From contig NC_043008.1 of assembly GCF_006345805.1 (NCBI RefSeq), forward strand, positions 57,536,001 through 57,600,000: a DNA stretch of 64,000 nucleotides. The letters are read 5' to 3'. The position numbers and the translations under genes were made by a program. The stretch is from Octopus sinensis. Its lineage: Eukaryota. Below the pieces are notes generated by a model. The model had not been told where the DNA came from and searched no databases. It was given only the letters and a program-made list of their open reading frames with translations. Shown here in pieces: positions 37,786 through 51,040 of this stretch (the stretch's first letter is position 1; the number at the start of each line of letters is the position of its first letter).

Positions 37786-38819
37786 ATATATGTACAAGGT
37801 GGTATCAAAAAGTTCCCAAACTAGAAACTCTGCCAGATCAAGATTGGAGCCTGGTGCAGCCATCTGGTTTGCCAGTCCTCAATCAAATCGTCCAACCCAT
37901 GCTAGCATGGAAAGCAGACGTTAAATGATGATGATGATACAAACATTTAAGTAGAAGCATTTCTGTGTATGTTCAAGTGAATATGTGCTTCTGCTGTTTT
38001 ATGCTCTTGCTTGATGGGGCTAGGGTCATCTCAGGTTAGGGTCCCAGGGGAGTCATCATGTGTAGGGTTGACCAGGTCCACCAGTGCTTCCCATTGCTGG
38101 CAGGCCCTTCTGCATCCTCCAAGGTGATGTTGATTCTCTGGAGATCTTCCTTGATCACATTCAGCTGTCTGTAGATGTATTGGGTTGTCCGGAAAGTTTG
38201 TGCCAATTTATAGTAGCTTACCTTTCGACTTATTTTAGAACATGGTTGAGTCAAGAAAATAGGATTTCCCTACATCCCCATTTTGAGCACAGTTTAAGAC
38301 CTGCAGAGTTAAGTGGGAGTTGTAGATATGTGTGGATTACCAGAAAAATTCAAGGCTTGGGTTTACCAGTATGGGATCCTCCCAAAAATATTCTAACTCC
38401 TGCTTTTTTTTGAAGCCCCCATGATAATAGAAGTGGGCTTAGAACACATGATGAGTAGCTACCTTCACAGATGGCTGAGTCTGCCAAGCAGTTTGAGCAG
38501 CACTGCATTGTATAGAAGCAGAAACAAGCTCAGATTCTCATTCAGATCTCTTAAAGATGAATTCATAACATTGCTGAAATCACCTGCAGTACACTAGTTC
38601 CAGAGATACCAGAGTGCCTGATGCAGGGATTATAGTGAGAACAGCGAGGAAGTAGAAAGCAGCCAAGGTAGTCCAGCAGGTAGTGGAGCAGAGCAGGGCT
38701 GGGTTTGGAAGCTTGAAAATAACCTAATATGATGCAGCTAGCAGGGAGGAAAGGCAGAATCTGATGAAAGAGAAAGTGTAACTCTTTAAGTGTGAAATTA
38801 AATTTCATGGTTATTCCAA

Positions 38820-40500
38820 TCATCATCATCATCATCATCATTTAGCGTCCGTTTTCCATGCTAGCATGGGTTGGACGGTTCAACTGGGGTCTGGGGAGCC
38901 CGAAGGCTGCACCAGGCCAGTCAGATCTGGCAGTGTTTCTACAGCTGGATGCCCTTCCTAACGCCAACCACTCCGAGAGTGTAGTGGGTGATTTTATGTG
39001 CCACCGACACAGGTGCCAGACGAGGCTGGCGAACGGCCACGCTCGGATGGTGTTTTTATGTGCCACCGACACAGGTGCCAGACGAGGCTGGCAGACGGCC
39101 ACGCTCGGATGGTGTTTTTATGTGCCACCGACACAGGTGCCAGATGAGGCTGGCAGGTGCCAGACGAGGCTGGCAGACGGCCACGCTCGGATGGTGTTTT
39201 TATGTGCCACCGACACAGGTGCCAGATGAGGCTGGCGGACGGCCACGATCGGATGGTGTTTGTTACGTCCCCAAAGCACGGAGACCAGTCTATGCGGTAC
39301 TGGCTACGGCCACGTTCGGATGATTTTCTTGTGTGCCACCGGCACTGGTACCACAAAGATACAAATTCCATTTATGTTCATCTATTTTGATTTGTTTTGA
39401 TTTGATTTGATTTTCACTTGCCTCAACAGGTCTTCACAAGTGTCACTTGCCTCAACAGGTCTTCACAAGTGTCACAAGAAGGAAGGTATGCACAGGTGGA
39501 CTGTCTACGTCGCCGGGTCTTCGGATGGTGTCTTTATGTGCCACCGACACAGGTGCCAGATGTGGCTGGCGAACGGCCACGATCGGATGGTTTTCTTGTG
39601 TGCCACCGGTACTGGAACCACAAAGATACAAATTCCATTGATGTTCATCTATTTTGATTTGGTTTGATTTTCACTTGCCTCAACAGGTCTTCACAAGTGT
39701 CACGCGTGTCACACACTTGCCTCAACAGGTCTCCACAAGTGTCACACACTTGCCTCTGCCTCAACAGGTCTTCACAAGTGTCACACACTTGCCTCTGCCT
39801 CAACAGGTCTTCACAAGTGTCATAAGAGGGAAGGTATGCACAGGTGGACTGACTACGTCGCCGGGTCTTTGGATGGTGTTTTTATGTGCCACCGACACAG
39901 GTGCCAGGTGAGGCTGGCGAACGGCCACGATCAGATGGTTTTGTTGTGCCCACAGCACGGAGGCCAGTCAATGCGGTACCAGCTACGGCCACTTCGGATG
40001 GTTTTCTTGTGTGCCACCGGTACTGGAACCACAAAGATACAAATTCCATTGATATTCATCTATTTTGATTTGGTTTGATTTTCACTTGCCTCAACAGGTC
40101 TTCACAAGTGTCACACACTTGCCTCAACAGGTCTTCACAAGTGTCACAAGAAGGAAGGTATGCACAGGTGGACTGACTACGTCGCCGGGTCTTCGGATGG
40201 TGTCTTTATGTGCCACCGGCACAGGTGCCAGATGAGGCTGGCGAACGGCCACGATCGGATGGTGTTTGTTGTGCCCACAGCACGGAGGCCAGTCGATGCG
40301 GTACTGGTTACGGCCACGTTTGGGTGGTTTTCTTGTGTGCCACCGGCACTGGTACCACAAAGAATACAATTCCACTGATGTTCATCTATTTTGATTTGTT
40401 TTGATTGATTTGATTTTCACTTGCCTCAACAGGTCTTCATAAGTGTCACAAGAAGGAAGGTATGCACAGGACTGACTACGTCCCAGGTCGGGGCCACGGG
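38820..40500 (-). repeat. Higher-order tandem array in an RTE-like 3' tail element (60-bp and ~26-36-bp subunits) ending in (GAT)n
   Basis: Repeated gatggtgtttttatgtgccaccgacacaggtgccag... and cacttgcctcaacaggtcttcacaagtgt. Confidence 0.85.
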
Positions 40501-40785
40501 TTATGGCCTGACTAGTCTTGCCGGGTCTTCTCATGCACAGCATACTTCCATATGTCTCGGTCTCTAGACATTTCCTTAGTGAGACCTAAAGTTCGAAGGT
40601 CGTGCTTCACCACCTCGTCCCAGGTTTTCCTGGGTCTACCTCTTCCACAGGTTCCCTCCACTGCTAGGGTGTAGCACTTTTGCACACAACTATCTTCAGC
40701 CTTTCTTGTCACATGACCATACCAGCGCAGCCGTCTCTCTTGCACGCCACAACTGACGCTTCTTAGGTTCAGCTTTTCTCTCAAT
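40500..40785 (-). mobile_element. RTE-like LINE ORF C-terminus adjoining the array
   Basis: REKLNLRSVSCGVQERRLRWYGHV...GRGRPRKTWDEVVKHDL...RDIWKYAV. Confidence 0.85.
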
Positions 40786-41159
40786 AATGATGTTAAATGT
40801 CTACCGAAAAATAAAATGCCATTTTCTGCAAGTCTCAATAAATTTGGCATATCTTAACCAAAAATAGTTTCAAAAATGACATTCCTCGACCAAAGATAGA
40901 TTGCTTTCTGCAGATAAGAGTAATGAAATTTGGGGTGGATATGTCTGATTTCCACAATAAAAGTGTTGGCCATTTTTTCTTTCCTAACAAACGGTTAGTG
41001 ACAGTTTTAAATTTTAGTGAGGTTAAGCAGTTACCCAACACCAGCAGTGTAGATAGAGTGGGATGGGGATTGCGCTTTTATGGGGGTGGGGCTTTGAGGG
41101 TCTGCTGTATAAGCCTGCACTGATGGGGGAAATCCAAGGGCTGCTACAGGGCAGCACAC

Positions 41160-41397
41160 ATTCTTATTTCTTTACTGCCCACAAGGGGCTAGACACAGAG
41201 GGGACAAACAAGGACAGACAAATGGATTAAGTCGATTATATCGACTCCAGTGCGTAACTGGTACTTATGTAATCAACCCCGAAAGGATGAAAGGCAAAGT
41301 CGACCTCGGCGGAATTTGAACTCAGAACGTAACGACAGACGAAATACCGCTAAGCATTTCGCCCAGTGTGCTAACGTTTCTGCCAGCTCACCGCCTT
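41160..41397 (-). mobile_element. SINE family B monomer
   Basis: Head AGGCGGTGAGCTGGCAGAAACG...GAGTTCAAATTCC and core GCCTTTCATCCTTTCGGGG. Confidence 0.8.
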
Positions 41398-41475
41398 TCT
41401 AGCTATGTCACTGCCCAGCACTGATACAGATGTTCCTTTGTTGGTTCATAAATTGATTATATTTATTAAACATAT

Positions 41476-41860
41476 ACTCTTTTACTTGTTTCAGTTATTT
41501 GACTGTGGCCATGCTGGAGCACCGCCTTTAGTCGAGCAAATCGACCCCGGGACTTATTCTTTGTAAGCCCAGTACTTATTCTATCAGTCTCTTTTTGCCG
41601 AACCGCTAAGTGACGGGGACGTAAACACACCAGCATCGGTTGTCAAGCAATGCTAGGGGGACAAACACAGACACACACATACATATATATATACGACAGA
41701 CTTCTTTCAATTCCCGTCTATCAAATCCACTCACAAGGCATTGGTCGGCCCGGGGCTATAGCAGAAGACACTTGCCCAAGATGCCACGCAGTGGGACTGA
41801 ACTCGGAACCATGTGGTTGGTTAGCAAGCTACTTACCACACAGCCACTCCTGCGCCTATA
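41476..41860 (-). mobile_element. SINE family A, full length
   Basis: Same head, core and tail as 30779-31210. Confidence 0.85.
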
Positions 41861-42650
41861 ACAAATGATAACATATGATAACAAATAAAACAAAACTGAA
41901 CTTATTCATCCCCAAAAAGGTAACCCCACAACTGAGATATTACTACCTTGAGCCCTAGAACCCATAGGACTGGTTACCTGGTCTCCATGGTTTGTAAGAG
42001 ACCAAGATCACAACATTCCCACTAAACAGAACACCAGTCTATTTCAAGGCTACTCACTTACAACTGAGTGAACTTGAGCAACGAAAAATGAAGTGTTTTG
42101 CTCAAGAATGCAAAGCACCACCAAGTCTCTTTACTCTTTTACCTGTTTCAGTTTGACTGTGGCCATGCTGGAGCATTGCTTTTATTCAACCAAATCAACC
42201 TCAGGACTTATTCGTTGTAAGCCTAGTACTTATTCTATTGGTCTCTTTTGCCAAACTGCTAGGTTACGGGGACGTAAACACACCAGCATCAGTTATCAAG
42301 CGATGTTGGAACGGGACAAACAGACACACACCAATATATACTCACACATACACATATATATATATACACGATGGGCTTCTTTCAGTTTCTGTCTACCAAA
42401 TCCTTTGGTCGACCCGAGGATATAGTAGCAGACACTTATCCAAGGTGCCATGCAGTGGGACTGAACCTGGAACCATGTGGTTTGTTAGCAAGCTACTTAC
42501 CATACAGCCACTCCTATGTCTGTGAACTGAAACCACAATGCTGCGGTTATGATTGCAACACCGCAACCACTAAGCCTCATGCCTTTACTATTCCACCCCA
42601 ACTTACCAAATAATACCAAATTTTTAGTTAAGTTTGATAGAATATTTCAT

Positions 42651-43045
42651 AGCGCAGGAGTGGTTGTGTGGTAAGTAGCTTGCTAACCAACCATATTGTT
42701 CCAGGTTCAGTCCCACTGCGTGGCATCTTGGGCAAGTGTCTTCTGCTATAGCCCTGGGCTGACCAATGCCTTGTGAGTGGATTTGGTAGACAGAAACTGA
42801 AAGAAGCCTGTCGTATATATGTATGTATATATGTGAGTGTGTGTGTTTATGTGTCGGTGTTTGTCTCCCTAGCATTGCTTGACAACCGATGCTGGTGTGT
42901 TTACGTCCCCGTAACTTAGCTGTTCGGCAAAAGAGACTGATAGAATAAGTACTGGGCTTACAAAGAATATGCTCTGGTGTCGATATGCTCGACGAAAGGC
43001 AGTGCTCCAGCATGGCCGCAGTCAAATGACTGAAAAGAGTAAAAG
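42651..43045 (+). mobile_element. SINE family A, full length
   Basis: Same consensus. Inverted relative to the copies at 41476 and 42130. Confidence 0.85.
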
Positions 43046-43097
43046 AGAGAGTAATTCCTAAACTATCCAATGTAACAGAAAAGTCAAATGTTTTTAC

Positions 43098-43177
43098 CTG
43101 TTCCCATGAAGAAAGGGCTTCTTTGGTCGTGCCAGTTCGTTCGTGTAATTTCACATTACACACCCCAGTTTTAGTTT
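43098..43177 (-). CDS. TPGS2: TPGS2 exon 2: TKTGVCNVKLHERTGTTKEALSSWEQ
   Basis: ttacAG/GTaaaa, phase 1-0. Matches human GVTEV...ISSWEQ. Confidence 0.9.
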
Positions 43178-43972
43178 CTGTAATGAGGTATTAAAATAAT
43201 TCTAATAATTCTTAGATAAATTTAATAACAATGGTTTCAAATTCTTGGCACGGGGCCAGTAAGTTCTGGGAAGGGGATAAGTCGATTACATCGACCCTGG
43301 TACTTATGTCCGGCGTGTTTAACGATTTTGCCAGCTCGCCGCCAAAAATAATAGACACTTTTATACATGTTTTCCTAGACGTACATAATTTTTATTTCAC
43401 GAAAGGGAGCTTTTTTGGCGAAAGTAAAGAATATGTACACTCAATGTTTAGGGTTGGGGTTAGAGTTAGGGATTTTGTTACGCCAAAATCGGGTGGTGTA
43501 CGGCCGACCAAAGCCTTGTGAGTGGATTTGGTAGACGGAAACTAGAAGAAGCCCGTCGTATATGTATATGTGTGTGTGTGTGTGTGTGTGTCTGTTTGTC
43601 CACCCAACATAGCTTGACAACCGATGCTGGTGTGTTTATGTCCCCGTAACCTAGTGGTTCGGCAAAGCGACCAATAGAATAAGTACTAAGCTTACAAAGA
43701 ATAAGTCCTGGGGTCGATTTCCTCGATTAAAGGCGGTGCTCCAGCATGGCCGCAGTCAAGTGAGTGAAACAAGTAAAAGAATATATTTTTTCGGCCATAA
43801 ATAATAATAATAATAAAGTGGACTTCCAGAATAGCAGTTACGAATAAAACTGAAATTTCTTCTCCACACAACCCAGAATTTTCAACATTTTATAGTCTAC
43901 CACATTGCAAAACACTTGTAAATTAATTAATTAATTAATTAATTAATGGCAATAAAATTTCATGAAATTTAC

Positions 43973-44033
43973 CTAAATATTTCACAACGGAAAATGTTAT
44001 TCGTTGCATTATTTCTGAGACGTTTTCTTCCAT
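43973..44033 (-). CDS. TPGS2: TPGS2 exon 1 coding part: MEENVSEIMQRITFSVVKYL
   Basis: ataATGg start and G|GTaaat donor, phase 1. Parallels human LEKLTLGITRILE. The joined CDS is 777 nt (258 aa plus stop). Confidence 0.8.
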
Positions 44034-44342
44034 TATAACGAATACCTGTTCAGGTGACTCCAACAAATTAGTTAGAATTAACCTTTCAGTATATTAAAAC
44101 CTTTTATAGTTCAGTGGTAACCGGTGACTATTATATCGTTGCTTTTGTTAAATATTTCACTGTTTTATTTTCAGTGTATATACGACTGAAATTTATGAAA
44201 CTTCACTGGATATTATTCAAAAGATTTGCCGAGATTTGATCAATAACTGTAGGGATATTTTCACAGAGAGAAATAAAAAGAAAAAGAAACATTATTTGGT
44301 AATAAACAAATAGACGACATTTTTATATCGGCACCGCTCCTA

Positions 44343-44373
44343 GTTGCTATGGTAACTGACCAATGTAAACAAA
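44343..44373. promoter_or_regulatory. RFX X-box with adjacent CCAAT and forkhead (FOXJ1-type) sites upstream of TPGS2
   Basis: GTTGCTATGGTAAC (44343-44356), CCAAT (44360-44364) and GTAAACAAA (44365-44373), ~310 bp upstream of the ATG. Confidence 0.7.
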
Positions 44374-44482
44374 TCTCTATCTCGCACACTCATTCGCTCT
44401 CCGTCTACATTGTTGATTTATTTTCGCTTTATGATTTTTTTCATTCATTATTTATCTCGTGGCGGAAGCAGAATACGCCACA

Positions 44483-44874
44483 GGATCTTTTCGGTTTGAA
44501 CGGCACTTTGTAACATAATTTCTAGGTAACTAAAAAATTTTAAACTTTGTATACTGGTAGAATGTGTTTATAAAACATCTTTTTCTCTTGGCTTTATTGA
44601 GAAAACTCTATAGTTTGTAAGATATTTGTTTTTTTTTTCTTCAATTTCAACCAATCACCGACACTATTGAGGTAAACAACATTCTGTGCCGTATGAATAT
44701 GTCCCTCGTTTAAGAAACAGATTGGGTTTACTTACATTTCTGAAGAAAAAAGATACTCTAACCCTAACCCTAAAACAGATTGAAATGCAATAGATCGATT
44801 CTAGGGTCATAATTATGGGTGACAATTTCATAAGACACCGCTAGAAAAAACTGCTGTTCAAACCGAAACGATCC
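44483..44874. mobile_element. MITE with a 9-bp TSD (Mutator-like by TSD length)
   Basis: TIRs GGATCTTTTCGGTTTGAACGGCA / TGCTGTTCAAACCGAAACGATCC. TSD TACGCCACA at 44474-44482 and 44875-44883. Confidence 0.88.
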
Positions 44875-45463
44875 TACGCCACAGGTTAAATTCTTACAAG
44901 GAATGTTTTACTCACACATACATAAACTGACACTCAACTTGCACCCACAGAGACACACGCTTGCATTATTATCTTTTTCGTTTTTCTAACATGAAATAAT
45001 TACGATCTTCTGTTGGATACATTTAAAATATATGGTAAATATTGATAACTTAATTCTTACAACCGTGGAGGCGCAATGGAACAGTGGTTAGGGCAGCGGA
45101 CTCGCGGTTTCGATTCGCAGAGTGTTGTGAGTGTTTATTGAGCGAATACACCTAAAAGCTCCACGAGGCTCCGGCAGGGGATGGTGGTGATCCCTGCTGT
45201 ACTCTTTCACCACAACTTTCTCTCACTCTTACTTCTTGTTTCTGGTGTGCCTGTAATTCAAAGGGCCAGCCTTGTCACACTCTGTGTCACATTGAATATC
45301 CCCGAGAACTACGTTAACGGCACATGTGTCTGTGGAGTGCTCAGCCACTTGCACGTTAATTTCACGAGCAGGCTGTTCCGTTGATCGGTTCAACCGGAAC
45401 CTTCGTCGTCGTAAGCGACAGAGTGCCAACAATTCTCACAACTACAGCTGGATAGCGACATTC

Positions 45464-45865
45464 CGCAGGAGTGGCTGTGTGGTAAGTAGCTTGTCTACCA
45501 ACCACATGGTTCCGGGTTCAGTCCCACTGCGTGGCACCCTGGGCAAGTGTCTTCTACTATAGCCTCGGGCCGACCAAAGCCTTGTGAGTGGATTTGGTAG
45601 ACAGAAACTGAAAGAAGCCCGTCGTATATATATATATATATATATGCATGTGTATGTTTGTGTGTCTGTGTTTGTCCCCTAGCATTGCTTGACAACCGAT
45701 GCTGGTGTGTTTATGTCCCCGTTACTTAGCGGTTCGGCAAAAGAGACCGATAGAATAAGTACTGGGCTTACAAAAGAATAACTCCCGGGGTCGAGTTGTC
45801 GATTAAAAGGCGGTGCTCCAGCATGGCCACAGTCAAATGACTGAAACAAGTAAAAGAGAGTAAAG
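45464..45865 (+). mobile_element. SINE family A, full length
   Basis: Consensus-like copy. Confidence 0.85.
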
Positions 45866-46419
45866 AGATACCTTTTCTACAACCTTAGATTTATTCTCTG
45901 TTACACTAATAATTCGTTGTAAAATATAATTGGTTTAATATCTGCCTTAGTAAGTGGAAACTCACTAAGAGTTGAACGGACAGCAGGAGAAATGTTCAGA
46001 GGAAGAAATCCTGTCGAACAAATGTTTCGGTCCGATCGTTTCTGACACTTTTTTGCTGTTATTTTAATGCCACCTTTAGCGGGGTTTGAGCCTTGAGCAA
46101 GTGTCTCCTACTATAGCCTCGGACCAACCAAAGCCTTGTGAATGGATTTGGTGGACGGAAACTGAAAGAAGCCCGTTGTATATATATGTATATGTATACA
46201 TATATGTGTGTGTGTTTGTCCCCGCAACATTGCTTGACAACCGATGGTGGTGTGTTTACGTCCCCGTAACTTAGCGGTTTGGTAAAAGACACCAATAGAA
46301 TAAATACTAGGCTTACAAAGAATAAGTCCTGGGATCGATTTGCTTGACTAAAGGCGGTGCTCCAGCATGGCCACAGTCAAATGACCGAAACCAGTAAAAG
46401 AATTAAAAAGTAACTGTTT

Positions 46420-46850
46420 TGCAAAGGCAACCAATGCATTTGGCAAACTCAGTCATTATCACCTATGGAATAAAAGGGACACCAAACTCGACACCAAAAT
46501 ACAGGTCTATAAAGCTGACATTCTTACTACTCTCTTGTATGGCTCAGAATCATGGATACCCTATAGACGACAATTTAACCAACTAGACATCTTCCACAAA
46601 GGCTGTCTGAGGACAGTCAGCGGTTATTCAGTAAAAGGCAGAGTTTCTAATGCCGACTTGTTTAGCAAGAGTAAGATTGGTGGAATCGAGAGCTTCTTTA
46701 TACAGTTGAGCTGAGCTGGTCATGTTGTCAGAATGAGTGACAAAAGAATATCCAAAGTCCTCGTGTGCAGACAGTTTGAGAGTGGGCGCGGGAATGTTGG
46801 TCGACCATGGTTCAGATGTAAGGACAAGCTGAAGAGTAACCTCTTAGTGA
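46420..46850 (+). mobile_element. RTE-like LINE 3' fragment
   Basis: KATNAFGKL...TKIQVYKADILTTLLYGSESW...WAGHVVRM...GRPW. Confidence 0.75.
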
Positions 46851-46880
46851 TGTGTTTCAGTATATATATATGTATGTGAG

Positions 46881-47260
46881 TGGAGGCGCAGTGGCCCAGT
46901 GGTTAGGGCAGCGGACTCGCGGTCATAGGATCGCGGTTTCGATTCCCAGACCAGGCGTTGTGAGTGTTTATTGAGCGAAAACACCTAAAGCTCCACGAGG
47001 CTCCGGCAGAGGATGGTGGTGATCCCTGCTGTACTCTTTCCCCACAACTTTCTCTCACTCTTACTTCCTGTTTCTGTTGTACCTGTATTTCAAGGGGCTG
47101 GCCTTGTCACTCTCTGTGTCACGCTGAATATCCCCGAGAACTACGTTAAGGGTGCACGTGTCTGTGGAGTGCTCAGCCACTTACACGTTAATTTCACGAG
47201 CAGGCTGTTCCGTTAATTCGGATCAACCGGAACCCTCATCGTCGTAACCGACGGAGTGCT
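46881..47260 (+). mobile_element. tRNA-derived SINE family C (also at ~29288, 45067, 48384, 50144 and 53782)
   Basis: Head GGAGGCGCAGTGGCCCAGTGGTTAGGGCAGCGGACTCGCGG...GGTTTCGATTCCC with A/B-box-like motifs. Confidence 0.8.
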
Positions 47261-47369
47261 TCCACATATGTATATATGTGTGTGTATTAGTGTGTATTTA
47301 AACATACATACAGAGAAATGGTATCCAGCTAATTTGTCTACAACAATTTATCTATGGATACAATTCATC

Positions 47370-47917
47370 TACAACCACACACACACACCCATACAACCAC
47401 ATACGCACACACACACACACACCCACCCATACAACCACATATGCACACAAACACCCATTCAAACACATACACACACACACACCCATACAACCACATATGC
47501 ACACAAACACCCATTCAAACACACACACACCCATACAACCACATACACACACACACCCATTCAAACATACACACACACACATACAATCACACACAATCAC
47601 ACACACACACCCATACAACCACATACAATCATACACCCATACAAACACATACGCACACACACACATACAATCACACACACACGCATACCCATACAACCAC
47701 ATACGCACACACATACCCATACAAACACATACGCACACACACATACAATCACACACAAACAACCACACACACTCAACCACACACGCACACATACAACCAC
47801 ACACACATACAATCACACACAATCACACAAACAACCACACACACTCAACCACATACAACCACACATACATACAACTACACACACACATACATACATACAA
47901 CCACACACACACACACA
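47370..47917. repeat. CA-rich degenerate microsatellite
   Basis: (CA)n/(CATA)n mosaic. Confidence 0.95.
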
Positions 47918-48927
47918 GATAAGTCGTTGAAGGGAAATTCACCTAGAACCCAGAAAAAAAACTTTCACTTTCACATAAGCCAAACTATTAAGTTGTCAGG
48001 CTTAATTAGTTTTTTTTACTCTTTACTTCTCTACTTCTATTTAATTACTTCCTGGTCACTTCACACAAATATTTATGCTTGTTTGTTTGTTCTTTTAATG
48101 TGTTTTTATTTATTTATAAATTATGTACCATGGAGTGTTATATAATAAATTGTATGATAAATAGTTTGCTACCAAGAATTACATACTAATTGCTGACTAA
48201 TTTTATACATATTACAGAGATCTGTTCAATCACAGTGGACCTGGAGATATATATATATATATATATATATATTAATTAGCTGCCCCCCCCCCGTACTGTC
48301 AAAAATGACAGCTGATTGTAGTATTTTATATATAAAGAACACTTAGAGAGCACAAACTCTGCCAAGGCAACACCAACGTCGGTGGAGGCGCAATGGCCCA
48401 GTGGTTAGAGCAGTGGACTCGCAGTCGTAAGAATGCGGTTTCGATTCCCAGACTGGGCCTTGTGAGAGTTTATTGAGCAAAAACACCTAAGCTCCATGAG
48501 GCTCCGGCAGGGGTGGGGTGGGGTGACCCCGCTGTACTCTTTCACCACAAATTTCTCTCACTTTTTCTTCCTACTTCTGCCACAAAGCAGAGGAACCATG
48601 GTGTAACCCACTATGGTGTGGTAAACTTTCAGACCCTAGTCTAGATTGCGGATCCTCTGTACCCCAGGATGGTTCAGCTTTCCACCCGTTAAAAGCCACC
48701 GTTTACGGAATGAGGATAACAACGTAGCTTTCGCACCCGTGCAACCGCCAGTCTATCGCGTGTGGTGGGTGGATCTTCAAGTTGCCACACGCGTTCTTAG
48801 TAGCTTAGAGTAGGCTCGAATTAGAGATTATTCTTTGTGGCTAATGGCGTGAGTCCTGATTGGAAGAAGAAGAAAACACCAACGTCATTTCAATGATTAG
48901 CCAGAGATGATTTTTAACATGAGAATA

Positions 48928-49321
48928 TCTCTTATATATATAAAGCTGAAGTTGTCTGTCTATGGCAGGTTTGGTAGCCTTCAACTAACACTATCTCCTC
49001 CGAGACCCTGCGGCGCAGGTTGACCAAAATTGAAAGTATGATAGAAGAACGCTTGCTCTTCCTTCCGTAGAAGAAAAAATTCAAATCGGACCATGTTAAC
49101 ACTAAAAATTATTTACATCAAAAACGTGCTTTTTTTTTCTATGAAAATCCCTCTTTTTTACGATTTTTTTTACTGCTGTGTCGGCATTTTTCGGTGTATT
49201 TCAACCAGAAAAATGTTCACTTAAAGAGAATAACAAGCTACATAAGGCAAAATTTTTACTTTTCAAAAATTCCAATTCTAAAGGGTCGAAACAAACCCGA
49301 GCAACCGGGCGATACTGCTAG
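48928..49321 (+). mobile_element. Non-autonomous Helitron-like element
   Basis: A|TC start, subterminal CCCGAGCAACCGGG hairpin, CTAG|T end and no TSD. Confidence 0.78.
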
Positions 49322-49641
49322 TTCTGAATAAAACTTGAATGCTCTCAAAAACGAGAATACTAAAAATGAATCTGACTGCTCTCAAAAATTAAGTAAAAAA
49401 AACAGGAAAAATAATCCAGAATCCTTGTTTGGTGTTGGATCAATCCCAAAATCTAATCAGTTTGTATCAGTCACAAGGCCAAACATCTCTGAAAGTTTCG
49501 CCAGAATCCATCCAGTGGTTCTTGAGATATCTTGTCCATGGAAAAACAAACAAACACAACTGAAAAACAATACTAATTACATACTAATTGCTGACTAATT
49601 TTATACATATTACAGAGATCTGTTCAATCACAGTGGACCTG

Positions 49642-49679
<38 letters not shown>

Positions 49680-49748
49680 TTAGCTGCCCTCTCCCCGTAC
49701 TGTCAAAAATGACAGCTGATTGTAGTATTTTACATATAAAGAACACTG

Positions 49749-49819
49749 GTGGTGGTGGTGGTGGTGGTGATGATGATGATGGTGAGGAGGAGGATGGTGA
49801 GGATGACGATGAGGATGAC

Positions 49820-49876
<57 letters not shown>

Positions 49877-50805
49877 GATGATGATGGTGAGGAGGATGAG
49901 GATGGTGATGGTGAGGATGACGATGATGATGATGGTGATGATGGTGATGATGATGGTGATGATGATGGTGATGGTGATGATGATGGTGATGATGGTGATG
50001 GTGATGATGGTGATGATGGTGATGATGATGGTGATGATGATGGTGATGATGGTGATGGTGATGATGATGATGATGATGGTGATGGTGATGATGATAAGGA
50101 GGAGAAGGAGCACAAACCTCTGCCAAGGCAACACCAACGTCAGTGGAGGCGCAATGGCCCAGTGGTTAGAGCAGTGGACTCGCAGTCGTAAGAATGCGGT
50201 TTCGATTCCCAGACTGGGCCTTGGCAGAGGTCATAAGGACAAAAGATAGATTATGGATGGTGAATCAAATTAATACATTTGTCAATGTTATCTTTTGATG
50301 TTGTCTTTTGAGATGTGACATCGATCATCATTTGTTACTGAAAGAACACTGGTTCACACATTACAAATGTTTACATACTTCCCGGGCAAAAGAATGCAGA
50401 GTTTGAGCAAATTACATCCCACGAAGAACTCAAAATAACAACTGATTGGAAAAGCATAAATCCATCCAATCTGTGCAAGTATGGGAACTCCTTCTCCTCC
50501 TTATCATCATCACCATCACCATCATCATCATCATCATCACCATCACCATCATCATCACCATCATCACCATCATCATCACCATCATCACCATCATCACCAT
50601 CACCATCATCACCATCATCATCACCATCACCATCATCATCACCATCATCACCATCATCATCATCATCATCACCATCATCACCATCACCATCATCACCATC
50701 ATCATCACCATCACCATCATCATCACCATCATCACCATCATCATCATCGTCATCCTCATCGTCATCCTCACCATCACCATCCTCATCCTCCTCACCATCA
50801 TCATC

Positions 50806-50853
<48 letters not shown>

Positions 50854-50913
50854 GTCATCCTCATCGTCATCCTCACCATCCTCCTCCTCACCATCATCAT
50901 CATCACCACCACC

Positions 50914-50946
<33 letters not shown>

Positions 50947-51006
50947 GTCATCGTCATCGTCATCCGCACCATCACCATCCTCCTCCTTCTCCTCACCATC
51001 ATCATC

Positions 51007-51040
<34 letters not shown>
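49749..51040. repeat. Inverted pair of complex (GAT/GGT)n microsatellite blocks (49749-50110 and 50487-51040)
   Basis: The distinctive end gatgataaggaggagaaggag and the internal gaggaggatggtgaggatgacgat pattern appear reverse-complemented in the second block. Confidence 0.9.

Noticed and set aside
42624-43163. 179-aa ORF
   Set aside because: Only the first ~22 codons are TPGS2 exon 2. The rest is intron and antisense SINE read-through.
46881-46955. tRNA genes at SINE heads
   Set aside because: A/B-box-like motifs continue into SINE bodies, and no complete cloverleaf is evident.
47256-48145. His/Thr-rich ORFs, and similar YI/CV ORFs at 35.9, 54.5, 56.0 and 63.5 kb
   Set aside because: Dinucleotide microsatellite artefacts.
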